Positions 7,650-17,820 of a stretch of DNA of 64,000 nt are shown here, piece by piece. The notes beneath the pieces are model-generated. The model made no database searches. It saw only the letters and a program-made list of their open reading frames with translations, and was not told the DNA's origin. Every line of letters starts with the position of its first letter. Position 1 is the first letter of the stretch. Both the position numbers and the translations under genes were made by a program. Origin of the DNA: an uncultured virus (IMG/VR IMGVR_UViG_3300042554_001855) (lineage: Duplodnaviria; Heunggongvirae; Uroviricota; Caudoviricetes); the IMG/VR virus record IMGVR_UViG_3300042554_001855, positions 1 to 64,000 of that record, one strand, 5' to 3'.

Positions 7650-8885
7650 TCAGCGTTTGACAACGCTGATGGCAGGCAAACCCTGCTGGAACACGGTATC
7701 GACCACCGCTTGCACCTTCTTAGCGGTGCTGATGCCCACAGAAGAATAGACAGGGATGCAGACCAACCCAAAGGACTTGGTGTAGTCCTGAAGGGCACCA
7801 GGGGCGATCCTGCCGCTGCTGAGACCCTCTGCATCGTCCTTGTGCAGGCGAATCACCCGTCCGATGGTCTGGGAGATGCCGATGTAATCCATAGAGCGCA
7901 TAAACAGCACTGCCTCCAGACCAGACACGTTGATACCCTCGCTCAGGATGCTGTGATGAAGAACCACAAACTTCTTAGAGTCATCCTTGCCCCAGGCACT
8001 CAGAGTGTCGAAAAACACCTCACGATTGACCTTCTGACCATCAATCACAGCACCAGTCTTGGAAGTGATATACATCCAAGAGAACCCACGGTCTTCCAGT
8101 TGCTTACAGAAGTCAGTCTGAGAAACCAGAGAAACAATCTGCTTGGTTGCCTTAGAGCAGATGAGAACCTTGCCCACTTCCTGAGCATCGATGGTCTGAA
8201 TCAGATTCTCACAATCTACATCAGCAACAATCTGACCCTTGCTAAGAAGTTCAAACTGCTGAACAACAACCTTAGGGGGAACAATGAAACCACCCTCAAC
8301 CAGTTCTGGGGCAGGCACATTGCAGATGACATTGCCATAAACGGCAGCGTCATTCATGCCAGGTTTTGCAATAGTGGCAGAATGCTTAGGAGTAGCAGTG
8401 AAGAAATAGCAGCGGTCAGCAGCAGAAGCGAAATGCTCGGTGGCAGGGAAGAAATGACGTTGGACAGAGTTGTGCGCTTCATCAAAGTAAATGGTATCAA
8501 CGTGAATATCTGCCTGTTGCAGACGCTGCAGGGAGTTGTAGGTGGTGAAAATCAGTTGATGCTTATATGCACGACGAGACCAGTTATAAATCTCAGAAGG
8601 TTTGGTCGTGCTCTGGTGATGCGTCTCACCACTATGAACGTGAAGAACAGCAGCAGTCGTGATAAACTCAAGGAACTCGCTGGACAATTGCTCTGCCAGG
8701 ATGATTCTCGGGCAGCACACTACAATGGTCTTCGGAGCATCAGACTGAAACTCACGCAGAGCATCAAAGATGGCAATATTGGTCTTGCCGCCGCCAGTCG
8801 GAATGATCACCTGACCCTTACGATACTGCAGCAAGGCATCCAGAGCACGGTGCTGGTGAGGTCGGAGTTGAATCACAGGTCTCAT
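7650..8885 (-). CDS. superfamily 2 DExH helicase (ResIII/DEAD-like)
   Basis: Q motif LRPHQ, Walker A PTGGGKT, DEAH, TATP, SEGIN, QTIGRVIR. Confidence 0.9.
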   Translation of the reverse strand: MRPVIQLRPHQHRALDALLQYRKGQVIIPTGGGKTNIAIFDALREFQSDAPKTIVVCCPRIILAEQLSSEFLEFITTAAVLHVHSGETHHQSTTKPSEIYNWSRRAYKHQLIFTTYNSLQRLQQADIHVDTIYFDEAHNSVQRHFFPATEHFASAADRCYFFTATPKHSATIAKPGMNDAAVYGNVICNVPAPELVEGGFIVPPKVVVQQFELLSKGQIVADVDCENLIQTIDAQEVGKVLICSKATKQIVSLVSQTDFCKQLEDRGFSWMYITSKTGAVIDGQKVNREVFFDTLSAWGKDDSKKFVVLHHSILSEGINVSGLEAVLFMRSMDYIGISQTIGRVIRLHKDDAEGLSSGRIAPGALQDYTKSFGLVCIPVYSSVGISTAKKVQAVVDTVFQQGLPAISVVKR

Positions 8886-8898
8886 CGCGTATAGGACT

Positions 8899-8953
8899 AT
8901 TATAGCAGAAAACCGCCCCTGGTGCGACCCATGGGACAGTTCTCAAAGTGTCC
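8899..8953 (-). promoter_or_regulatory. early-type promoter with palindromic box
   Basis: Extended -10 TGCTATAAT plus GGACACTT-TGAG-AACTGTCC. Confidence 0.65.
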
Positions 8954-8983
8954 TAGTATTTCATCTTCAACCTAGACAAAGGT

Positions 8984-9012
8984 AGTCTAGTGGTATTAAA
9001 GATGATTGTCAA
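8984..9012 (-). promoter_or_regulatory. sigma70-type promoter
   Basis: TTGACA-N17-TAGACT. Confidence 0.55.
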
Positions 9013-9015
9013 GTC

Positions 9016-11616
9016 TTATGCCCAAGATCCAGAAACATTTGCTGCTGATGCAGATCCAGCTGCGTATAGTTCAAAGAAAGTATTTGTAGATACGGTTGGA
9101 GCAACCACACTTCCTGCTACAGACTGTGCAAAATCAGGTCTAAATGTTCCACCAGTAGTTGCATTAGATACAAACCATCCTTCAAGTTCAATTACATAGT
9201 TTTCTGCTGCAGTTCCAGTTGGAGTTACAGTTGTTGCAGTTACTACTGTTGCATAACCTGAAGTTTGAGATGTAGAAGAACTTTGAGTAAATGATTTATA
9301 CTTGTATCCAATACTTTGTTGTGCATTACTAAATGTAAATCCAACTTGAAGTCCAGCTGCTGAACCAGATGCAGTTTTGGTCATTACATAAACCGCTCTA
9401 AACTTGTAGAGAGTATTTGCTAATAAAGTTGCAGTATCATTTGCGGCAGGGAAAACCGCTTCAAGTGTATTATTATTAGTTGCCTTTGTTCTATCAGATG
9501 CAATTCTTACAACTTCTGGTGATAGTAGTCCAACCCAAGCAGTTCCACTGTATCCCTGGAATTGTCCAATAGTGTTATTGAACAGAAGACCACCAGCAAT
9601 TCTATTGATTGTTGCAATGTTTGTTGTTGGGTTTGGCTCATTTGGTAGAATTGCATATGGATTGGTAACCGATGTCCCAACTCTTGCAACTCCTAAGTCA
9701 AGAACTGCTCTTGGGGAGAACGTTCCATATCCAACTCCACTATCACCATGCATAGTGACAATGTTATCAAAGAATGCAGAACCGCCTCTATGAACTTGGA
9801 AAGATGGTATGTAAGCACCTGGTGGGAAATACATTCCAGTAGTTCCAATTCCTACACCTGTACATCCAATCGTCCCTACTGCAAACAATGAATGATCAAA
9901 AAGTTCATTATAATCTGTACCAATACCAACACCAGACGTTAATACACGTCCCCCATATCTTGCATCAATTGCTACGATTGGATTGTCTGTTCCAATACCA
10001 ATCGAAGTAACACCAATTCTGTAGAATGTTGAAACACCAACACTATTGTTTAATTGAATTCCATTTAGAACATTTGGTAGTTGTATTTGCTGTGATGCTG
10101 AAGTAACAATACCAGCAACGATCAAATTACCACCAATATATGTGTCTCCAGTGATGGTCGATGTACCAACAACATGTAGTTTATATCCTGGATTTGTAAT
10201 TCCCAGACCAAGATTTCCTTGGTATGTTAGGGACATTAATTCTTGATTGCCTTGCCCATAAACCCAGTTAAACCTACCAGTATTAATTCCTGCGCCACCA
10301 GCATGAATATAATGATTTACGTTTCCAGTGTCATTGTGTCTAATTTCAAATATTTTAGATGAATAACGAAGAACTGTAGAACTGTTACCAGCACCGATAG
10401 AACTACCAAGAGATAGTCTTGTTGCACCATCTTGGCTAATAATTTCAAATAATGATTCTGTTGGTTTAATAAACTGATATTCTGATGATGGAATTGCAGT
10501 TCCAATACCAAAGCGACCATTATTTGCTAAGGTAAATAAAGTTCCACCAGTACCAACGTGGAGATATTCTGTAACTGTAGAAATTCCAGTTGTTGAAATA
10601 GATGATTTTAATTCAGTAACAGTTGTGACACCTGATACTAATACATTTCCTAATACACTAACTTTTGATGTTGGATTTGTCGTGCCTAATCCAATATTAG
10701 AAGATGCTGAAGGAATTAACGAAATATGATTTCTAGTTCCGTTTGTTTCTACTTTTAGCGGTCTATCATATGAATAAATGTTTTGATATCCATTATCAGA
10801 TGGCCCTTCACCAATCAACATACCATCAGTTGCTGTATTTCCAGTTATTGTGGAAATAAATCTTGCGTATGAATTAAAGAAGGTTAATCCATCAATTAAG
10901 GAGGAATCTCCTGTTGTTCCAATAAAAGCTCTTCCAGCACCATCGATTGCAAATGGGCTACTATCTGGAGAACCAGAGTCTTCAACCAGTAATGAAAGTC
11001 CCGATCCAAGTTGAGTAATTCTTACAAGAGGTTGTGTTGTGTTTGCAAAGATTGAAGTAACACCAGTGATTCCTGCATCAACACCAACGAATTGCAATTG
11101 TCTAGTTGTTACAATTCCAGTTGCTTTTATATTACCTGTTGAATTAATTCCAACCCCTTGCTGAGAACCATCTGGATTTCCACCAATTTGCAAGGAAAAA
11201 TTAGGATAAGTTGTAGCGATTCCAACATTACCAGATGCATAGATGCTTGTATATCCAAATCCAGGATCAACATCAACCCATTGTGATGTTGGTAGATTTA
11301 ATAATTTTCCACCATCTCCATAATATGTTATAATACCAGAAGTGGTTGTAGCAGTAATAATACCAGTGCTGCTAAACGAAGATATACCTACTCTTAAATT
11401 TCCAATAGAAGTCGTTAATCCTGAAACGTATATATTTTCTACCCAAATATTCTTAATCGTTGCTAATCCAACAACTTTTGCAGTTCCTCTAACATCTAAA
11501 AATTCAGTCGGCACCGAAGTTCCGATGCCGACCAATCCATTTGGATTTACAACGAAATTATCATCATCAACCTGAACACCATTTTTAAAATTAAAAGACT
11601 TCCTGTAATTTGCCAT
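9016..11616 (-). CDS. tail fibre/virion structural protein
   Basis: 866 aa, Gly/Thr rich, repeated VGIGT motifs, late ATAAATA box upstream. Confidence 0.75.
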   Translation of the reverse strand: MANYRKSFNFKNGVQVDDDNFVVNPNGLVGIGTSVPTEFLDVRGTAKVVGLATIKNIWVENIYVSGLTTSIGNLRVGISSFSSTGIITATTTSGIITYYGDGGKLLNLPTSQWVDVDPGFGYTSIYASGNVGIATTYPNFSLQIGGNPDGSQQGVGINSTGNIKATGIVTTRQLQFVGVDAGITGVTSIFANTTQPLVRITQLGSGLSLLVEDSGSPDSSPFAIDGAGRAFIGTTGDSSLIDGLTFFNSYARFISTITGNTATDGMLIGEGPSDNGYQNIYSYDRPLKVETNGTRNHISLIPSASSNIGLGTTNPTSKVSVLGNVLVSGVTTVTELKSSISTTGISTVTEYLHVGTGGTLFTLANNGRFGIGTAIPSSEYQFIKPTESLFEIISQDGATRLSLGSSIGAGNSSTVLRYSSKIFEIRHNDTGNVNHYIHAGGAGINTGRFNWVYGQGNQELMSLTYQGNLGLGITNPGYKLHVVGTSTITGDTYIGGNLIVAGIVTSASQQIQLPNVLNGIQLNNSVGVSTFYRIGVTSIGIGTDNPIVAIDARYGGRVLTSGVGIGTDYNELFDHSLFAVGTIGCTGVGIGTTGMYFPPGAYIPSFQVHRGGSAFFDNIVTMHGDSGVGYGTFSPRAVLDLGVARVGTSVTNPYAILPNEPNPTTNIATINRIAGGLLFNNTIGQFQGYSGTAWVGLLSPEVVRIASDRTKATNNNTLEAVFPAANDTATLLANTLYKFRAVYVMTKTASGSAAGLQVGFTFSNAQQSIGYKYKSFTQSSSTSQTSGYATVVTATTVTPTGTAAENYVIELEGWFVSNATTGGTFRPDFAQSVAGSVVAPTVSTNTFFELYAAGSASAANVSGSWA

Positions 11617-11632
11617 CTTATATGGTTTTTAG

Positions 11633-14600
11633 TTATTTATCTGATAATTTTTGCTCAAGATCACCGACTCTTGCAGAAAGTTCTTTAACTGCTTCAACTA
11701 GAAGTGGAATAATCTTTTCATATCTAACAGCGAGATAACCATTGTCTCTTGTAGTTACTGCTTCAGGTAGAACCTCTAAGATTTCTTGTGCGATAACACC
11801 AACATCATTACCTTCTTTACCTGATTTCTCATTCCAAGTGTAAGTATTACCACTAATTGAAAGAACCTTAGCAAGAGGATCATCAATTGGGGTTATGTTA
11901 TCTTTCAGTCTTTGGTCAGAAGTATAGAATGCAGTAATATCACCAGTTACATTTAGTTCTCCACTGATTGTAGTGTTGGTGCTGATTGAAACGCTGCTTC
12001 CAATCGAAGCATTGATAACTAGGTTTCCACCTCTTGTATCGATTGTTGTTGTTCCTGCAACACCAATTCTAATACCATCAATGTAAGCCTCTTCAAATGC
12101 TCCACCAACAGTACCAATATAAGCACCCTTATCAACATCAGGAATAATACCAGTGTTAATTGTAACAATATCATCGAGAGTTGATTTTCCATCAACTCCA
12201 AGACCACCGCTTACAACTAATGCACCAGTTGTCTTACTTGTAGATTCAGTAACATTGGTAATTTTAACAATTCCAGTAATTGAAGCACTGTTTCTAATTC
12301 TGACTTCTTTATTAAAGGTTACAGGTCCATCAAACTGTGATAGAACAGTTCCAGACTTGCCACCCTCAACTCTTAGACGCTCCTTAATTAGAACTTCATC
12401 AAAGATAACACTCAAACGACCACTTTCTTGTCCAGTGACAGTTGGTACTGGAACGTCAAAGGTAATTTCTTGCCCTGTTGCGGAACTAGATTTCTTATTA
12501 CCAATATAGAAATCACCATCACTATTCATTCCAGTATATACAACAACACCAGCAGATCTCTTCTGAGATTGTGCTAAGAATGATTCTTTTTCTGTTAGTG
12601 ATCTAACTTGTACTTGTGGGAGACCAGTTGAATAGTTACCAGGACCAAATCCAAGATATTCAAATGTATGACCAGATGCACGAATGATTGAAGGTCTTCT
12701 CAGTTCGATTGCTAGTGGTCTAATCTTTCTAGCGATCGATCCTGTATTATGAGTTTCTTTACTCGTTCCAAATACACCACGAATAACTACTAATTGATTA
12801 TTTGAAGATCCAGTGAATTCTGATCCACTGATTCTCATGATTTCATTATCAACTTGAATATAAGAACCAAGTGGGAATCTAGTCAGAGTTGAAAGACCAC
12901 AAATAGTAGATCCAGAAACTGTTATGCTTGACCCAGACTCAATCGTTGCACCCAAGAAGAATTTCTCATTATCATAGAAGAATGTTCCTCTAGATGCTAT
13001 ATTTTCAGTGGTAGAATCTGAAACAGCATCATTTGAAGACAGTCCATGCTTGAGAATATATTTTGCAGAACTTAATGTAGTTGAAGTTGCGACAGTAAAT
13101 GTATTAACACCTACTTTTTCATTAACAATATAATCACCAAGATTATTATTATTACTATCAATAAACTTAAATTTGGAACCAGCTGTTAAATTATGTGCAA
13201 ATGATGATGTAAATGTCGTAATTCCCAACACTGGACCAGCAACAGTTGTAACTGGAACTGATGGTCCAAGATTAATTATATAATGACCAGTATGAATTTG
13301 TGGGTCTGCAGCAGTAATCGCTACAGAAATCTGAGTTTTTGAAGGAATAGATGCAATTCTGTAATACCCATCACCTGTTGTTCCAATACCAGTAACTTGA
13401 ACAACATCTCCAAGGTTAGTCGAAATACCAGTTGAAGCGATTGTCAATCCAGCACCTACACCTACACCAATTACAGATGTATCAAAATCTAGTTCTTCAC
13501 CATCAGTATATCCAGATCCTCTGGAAAGAATCTTAACATCGGTGATTGTTCCACCACTGGATACAATAACCTTAGCAGTTGCTCCATCCCAAGTAGAAGT
13601 ACCATTGTTAAAGAGTTTTACGTTATAATGTGTTCCAGCATTGTAACCACTACCACCAGAGAATGAACTATAAGTCGTAACACCTGCAAATCCATGCTCA
13701 CGTCCAAGTGTAATCGTTGCAGTACCAGAATTTACGGAAGCAAAAGAAGTGGAAACTGCAACAATTGGTAGTCCAATTCCAAAATCTTGTGTAAATAAAT
13801 CTAGAGATTCTTTAGTAATACTCTTTTTAAGGTCATCAGTTACAACATCACCAATTGGACTTCTCTTTGCGTAAGTATTTGCAGCAAAAGGATTGTCATC
13901 TACATTATCTTTATCAAGTTGTGGATATAAATCTGTTACATTTTGTGCATATTTTAAATTTGTAAATTCTTCAGGTACGCTATTATTTGCGTTTAAGAGG
14001 TATGCATGATAGATACCATCTTGTACGTCCTTAATGTATGGACGAATGATTTCTGAACGATATACAAAATAATTTTTATTTACATCACTTCTTTCGAATC
14101 TGGGTAGATTTGTATTTCTGGTTGCAGTATTACTTGTAAATGTACCTGGACTGTGAGTTACTCCAGTAACATCAACTGTCGAATATCTAAATGTATGGTC
14201 ATCAACGATACCAGTAATTGCAAACTTACCATTATATCCCTCATTTGATAGTCCGCCAGTATTCGTGCTACTTCTAACACTCTTAATATTAACTAGGTTT
14301 CCAACTTGTAAGTTATGTGGTAATTCAGTTGTTACAGTTACGATTCCTGTAGTACCAGTAATACATGTACTAATAAATCTTGGATTTCTATGATAATCAT
14401 AGTCAGTTGCACCAATACTTACTCTACCAGGATCTCCATCATTTCTATATCCAGTAGAACTTGATTCTTGAACAATAAATGTTTCTGCAGGTGCCTTAGC
14501 ATTCTCTGCGTCTTTAGGTACAACAATTCTTATCTTATAGAGTTTCTCATCTAGACTTCTGGAATCATCAAATCTTTTTACGAAAGTGTTATCAGTTTTC

Positions 14601-16915
14601 TCACCCAGAATTCCAATACCATAAGTTGCAAATGCATTGTAAATTGGGTTGTTATGCGTACTGTGGATATACCAGTTTGAGCGGAAAGAGTCCCACTGTA
14701 CTGGATGTCCTACATCTCCAGATGCTTTGTCAGAAACTCTACTCTGAATCTTGAGTTTTGATCCACCATATACTGTAACTTCTACATTATTATCAGCATT
14801 TGCTTTTGATGAAGCTACTTTAATTGTTGTGCTGGACGAACGAATCGCATAATAAACTCTATGCGAAACAATATTTTCTGGGAGATCTCCATCATCACTT
14901 GTAATGTAAATACTTTCACCAGTTAAGATGTCATGTGCTCCGATAGTGAAAACATTACTAGTAGGACCTGAGGTTACTCTATATTCCTTATAAGCTACGT
15001 TTGTTCCTAAAGCAGTGGTTCCAATGCCAATAACATTATTAACCATGCAGATATTAGCACCAAATGTGCCAATACCACTTCCTAAATTAACATAAAGTTT
15101 GTCATCTCTTCTAGCACCAACTCGATATCCTTGAGTAAGAATAGGTGGGGAATCATCTTGGTTATTAAATCCATAAAGATAAAGATGACTTGAGATTCCA
15201 ACAGAAGTTGTAAGTCCAACGTCTAGGGATTGCCAATCAATGTCTGCCTCATCAGATTTAACTGCTCTTGGACCAACAATTGCAGAAATATAAGCCTTAT
15301 TATCCTTGTCAAATGCTTCTGCTCTAAATCCATCAGAAGTTAGAGAGAATTGACCAAAGTTTGAGTTTGAGTTGGTAATCGATGCGTCACCACCAGACTC
15401 GGTATTAAAATGGTTAGTAAATCCAATAGCAAACACAGATACAATCTGAATGATTGAATCATTCGACATTTTAATATGATTGGTTTCCCAACCTGTTCTA
15501 TAGACTGCGCTTGAATCTAAGTGATAGACTTTATCCTTATCTAAAGAAGAAGCACCTGCCGATAATTCTGCTCCCGTCTTTTTAGTAATAGTTATTGATT
15601 CGTAGTTTCTATCTACTTCATCATATTTTACAAATGCCCTATCATCTTTTTGTAGAGAAACACCTGTAAATTGTGCAACAACCATTGAACGGAAACCTGA
15701 TGCTTTGCTACCATCAGCGTACATTCCATTCATGCCATAAACTGATCTTAGCGAACAGTTGAAGACATAAGGAGAAGCACCAGAAACAGTATCCGTTTCA
15801 ATCGTAACTGTTGCACCACTAACATCTGGAAGTGTTAGTAGATTTGGTTGAACATATGGGAGAACATATGTAAAGGTATTTGCATTAATTACACTTTGTA
15901 CCTTTGTAGAAATATTGTAATCATTTACTCCATCAGCAAGACCAACACCCTTAATCTTAATTGGTGTTCCTTCATTGAACTTATGTTCTAAAACAGTAGT
16001 TACTGTAATGATAGGACCAGCAGTTCCACCACTACCAGATTCAATTCTTGCAATCGTTAATGTATCAGCAGCGAACGCACCAACAATCTCCCATTCTGCT
16101 CTTTGCTTAGCGAATCCGCCTGCGTCATCTGGATATTTTTCTGGAATATCTCTTACCGAATTGAATGCATTTGACAATTTGCTATAATACATGTCAAGAT
16201 CGGTTAAATCATAACCGACCACTTCATTTACACCATCAGCATACTCAAAGCAAGTTAGTTTATGGTGAGAAAATGTTGGGACTGAACGATTATTTTCAGA
16301 AAAATCTATATTATCGGTATAAACAGTTCCAGTCTCACTACCATCAAAAATTGTAAATTGCCAAAGATAACAAGTACCAGTTAGCCTAAAAATAGCAGAT
16401 CGAGGAACATTTGAATCTGTGGGATTTGGTACATACTTTGGTCTTATTTTTGTTTTTCTTAGGTCTAAACCAACTAATGATGTACCTCTTGGTATAATAA
16501 CTCCACCATTAACGCTGTTAAATTTGTAGAGAATATTTCCAACTTGGTTAAGGTCAAAGTTAGAATCTAAATTGAGTGCAATCTGTTCGGATGGAGTTGA
16601 GATTGTACCCGAAGGTGACTTAACTTTTACACCAAGTGCGGGGTCATTATAAATCGCAAATCCTGGTCTATTATCAATTAAATGCTCACCTGGAAAAAGT
16701 AAAATTGTAGTTTTTTCAATCGCATCATTATTATTACCTTTTAAGTATGAGAATCTTGCAGACTCTAGTAACGCCCTTTGTATTGTTTTAAATGGCTTAG
16801 CAAGAGAATTTCCTTGATTCTCGATGCTATCCGTTGCTTCAAGATCGTTTGGATTTACATATAGAATACGACCTTCAGTATTTTTAATAAAATTATCTAA
16901 TTTATTAAGAGGCAT
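11633..16915 (-). CDS. large tail fibre/spike with C-terminal intramolecular chaperone (peptidase S74)
   Basis: C-terminal SDQRLKDNI...GVIAQE...LAVRYEKIIPLLVEAVKEL signature; 1760 aa. Confidence 0.85.
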   Translation of the reverse strand: MPLNKLDNFIKNTEGRILYVNPNDLEATDSIENQGNSLAKPFKTIQRALLESARFSYLKGNNNDAIEKTTILLFPGEHLIDNRPGFAIYNDPALGVKVKSPSGTISTPSEQIALNLDSNFDLNQVGNILYKFNSVNGGVIIPRGTSLVGLDLRKTKIRPKYVPNPTDSNVPRSAIFRLTGTCYLWQFTIFDGSETGTVYTDNIDFSENNRSVPTFSHHKLTCFEYADGVNEVVGYDLTDLDMYYSKLSNAFNSVRDIPEKYPDDAGGFAKQRAEWEIVGAFAADTLTIARIESGSGGTAGPIITVTTVLEHKFNEGTPIKIKGVGLADGVNDYNISTKVQSVINANTFTYVLPYVQPNLLTLPDVSGATVTIETDTVSGASPYVFNCSLRSVYGMNGMYADGSKASGFRSMVVAQFTGVSLQKDDRAFVKYDEVDRNYESITITKKTGAELSAGASSLDKDKVYHLDSSAVYRTGWETNHIKMSNDSIIQIVSVFAIGFTNHFNTESGGDASITNSNSNFGQFSLTSDGFRAEAFDKDNKAYISAIVGPRAVKSDEADIDWQSLDVGLTTSVGISSHLYLYGFNNQDDSPPILTQGYRVGARRDDKLYVNLGSGIGTFGANICMVNNVIGIGTTALGTNVAYKEYRVTSGPTSNVFTIGAHDILTGESIYITSDDGDLPENIVSHRVYYAIRSSSTTIKVASSKANADNNVEVTVYGGSKLKIQSRVSDKASGDVGHPVQWDSFRSNWYIHSTHNNPIYNAFATYGIGILGEKTDNTFVKRFDDSRSLDEKLYKIRIVVPKDAENAKAPAETFIVQESSSTGYRNDGDPGRVSIGATDYDYHRNPRFISTCITGTTGIVTVTTELPHNLQVGNLVNIKSVRSSTNTGGLSNEGYNGKFAITGIVDDHTFRYSTVDVTGVTHSPGTFTSNTATRNTNLPRFERSDVNKNYFVYRSEIIRPYIKDVQDGIYHAYLLNANNSVPEEFTNLKYAQNVTDLYPQLDKDNVDDNPFAANTYAKRSPIGDVVTDDLKKSITKESLDLFTQDFGIGLPIVAVSTSFASVNSGTATITLGREHGFAGVTTYSSFSGGSGYNAGTHYNVKLFNNGTSTWDGATAKVIVSSGGTITDVKILSRGSGYTDGEELDFDTSVIGVGVGAGLTIASTGISTNLGDVVQVTGIGTTGDGYYRIASIPSKTQISVAITAADPQIHTGHYIINLGPSVPVTTVAGPVLGITTFTSSFAHNLTAGSKFKFIDSNNNNLGDYIVNEKVGVNTFTVATSTTLSSAKYILKHGLSSNDAVSDSTTENIASRGTFFYDNEKFFLGATIESGSSITVSGSTICGLSTLTRFPLGSYIQVDNEIMRISGSEFTGSSNNQLVVIRGVFGTSKETHNTGSIARKIRPLAIELRRPSIIRASGHTFEYLGFGPGNYSTGLPQVQVRSLTEKESFLAQSQKRSAGVVVYTGMNSDGDFYIGNKKSSSATGQEITFDVPVPTVTGQESGRLSVIFDEVLIKERLRVEGGKSGTVLSQFDGPVTFNKEVRIRNSASITGIVKITNVTESTSKTTGALVVSGGLGVDGKSTLDDIVTINTGIIPDVDKGAYIGTVGGAFEEAYIDGIRIGVAGTTTIDTRGGNLVINASIGSSVSISTNTTISGELNVTGDITAFYTSDQRLKDNITPIDDPLAKVLSISGNTYTWNEKSGKEGNDVGVIAQEILEVLPEAVTTRDNGYLAVRYEKIIPLLVEAVKELSARVGDLEQKLSDK

Positions 16916-16950
16916 TGGATTATTACGACCAGAATATTTCTATGTTCTAT

Positions 16951-17256
16951 TTAGCTGGTCAAATCCTCCTCATCATGTTCATATTCTAAATCATCTGGTA
17001 AGTCTTCTGGGTTTTCTAAATCCACTGCGAAGAAGCAAGGATGTACCTCTTCATCAATTAGATAGAAAGAGTTCCTGTACAAGTCTTCTGGCTCAAAAGA
17101 CCTTTCTTTATCTGCTAATCTACAAAGATCTTGGTCATATAAATGTCCGTCTGGAAGTTCGTCGAATGTAAATGGAACGTGATTAATAAAGTACATCTTC
17201 ACGATCATACTGCCATTATTGTACCAGCAGTATGCGTGATCGATACGATAAGACAT
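16951..17256 (-). CDS. conserved cyanophage hypothetical protein
   Basis: 101 aa ORF with late box upstream. Confidence 0.75.
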   Translation of the reverse strand: MSYRIDHAYCWYNNGSMIVKMYFINHVPFTFDELPDGHLYDQDLCRLADKERSFEPEDLYRNSFYLIDEEVHPCFFAVDLENPEDLPDDLEYEHDEEDLTS

Positions 17257-17287
17257 TGGGTTTTCCCATATCTTATATTTATTTTTA

Positions 17288-17360
17288 TACCCGTGAGTGG
17301 ATTCGAACCACCGCTTGGAACATTTTAAGTGTTCTGCCTCTTCCGCTGGGCTACACGGGC
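17288..17360 (-). tRNA. tRNA-Leu(TAA) by anticodon, short variable loop
   Basis: Acceptor GCCCGTG/CACGGGT-A; anticodon arm GAACA-CTTAAAA-TGTTC; T loop TTCGAAT. Confidence 0.85.
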
Positions 17361-17459
17361 GTGTATTTTTTGTTTGATGCCGTGTGTTTGTGAGACTAAA
17401 TCAAAACCGTTTGATAGATGCCCCACTGGATTCTATCATAAGTTTTGAACCACGACAAG

Positions 17460-17532
17460 TGCAGGTTGCGAGGATTGAACTCGCCTTCGCCGCTTTATGA
17501 GAACGGTCCATTCACCAGATTGGTAAACCTGC
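17460..17532 (-). tRNA. tRNA with CAT anticodon (elongator Met or Ile2)
   Basis: Acceptor GCAGGTT/AACCTGC-A; CCGTT-CTCATAA-AGCGG; T loop TTCAATC. Confidence 0.85.
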
Positions 17533-17536
17533 ACGA

Positions 17537-17624
17537 TACGAGTGCCTGGATTCGAACCAGGTCAAAGCCGCTAATCTGGCGGAAAGAGTTTATAAGACTC
17601 CTCTGACTACCAAGTCTCACTCGC
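17537..17624 (-). tRNA. atypical tRNA-like RNA, TAT anticodon (nominally Ile), long variable arm
   Basis: Acceptor GCGAGTG/CACTCGT-A; CCTGG-TTCGAAT-CCAGG; loop CTTATAA; non-canonical D and anticodon arms. Confidence 0.7.
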
Positions 17625-17632
17625 TTCTGCGT

Positions 17633-17806
17633 TTATGATGCCTCGTTGTTTAACTCAGTGTGTATTCGTATGAGGTCATCATCCACAGGTATCATAACCG
17701 CTGCTTGCCCATTCTCGTTAATTATACCTAAATGCTCTCCATTTTCAACTCGTTCCATCAGTTCATCAAACCTCTCTTGAAACTCTTCCACAGTGAAAAC
17801 TTCCAT
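17633..17806 (-). CDS. Phd/YefM antitoxin-like small protein (57 aa)
   Basis: MEVFTVEEFQERFDELMERVENGEHLGIINENGQAAVMIP fits the Phd N-terminal pattern. Confidence 0.6.
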   Translation of the reverse strand: MEVFTVEEFQERFDELMERVENGEHLGIINENGQAAVMIPVDDDLIRIHTELNNEAS

Positions 17807-17820
17807 TTTTGTGTTTTTAT

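Noticed and set aside
7460..7834. 124 aa minus-strand track ORF
   Set aside because: Overlaps the helicase; the 47 aa ORF 7464-7607 with an RBS is the better call
7710..8894. 394 aa plus-strand ORF opposite the helicase
   Set aside because: Antisense shadow of a GC-richer gene; no motifs
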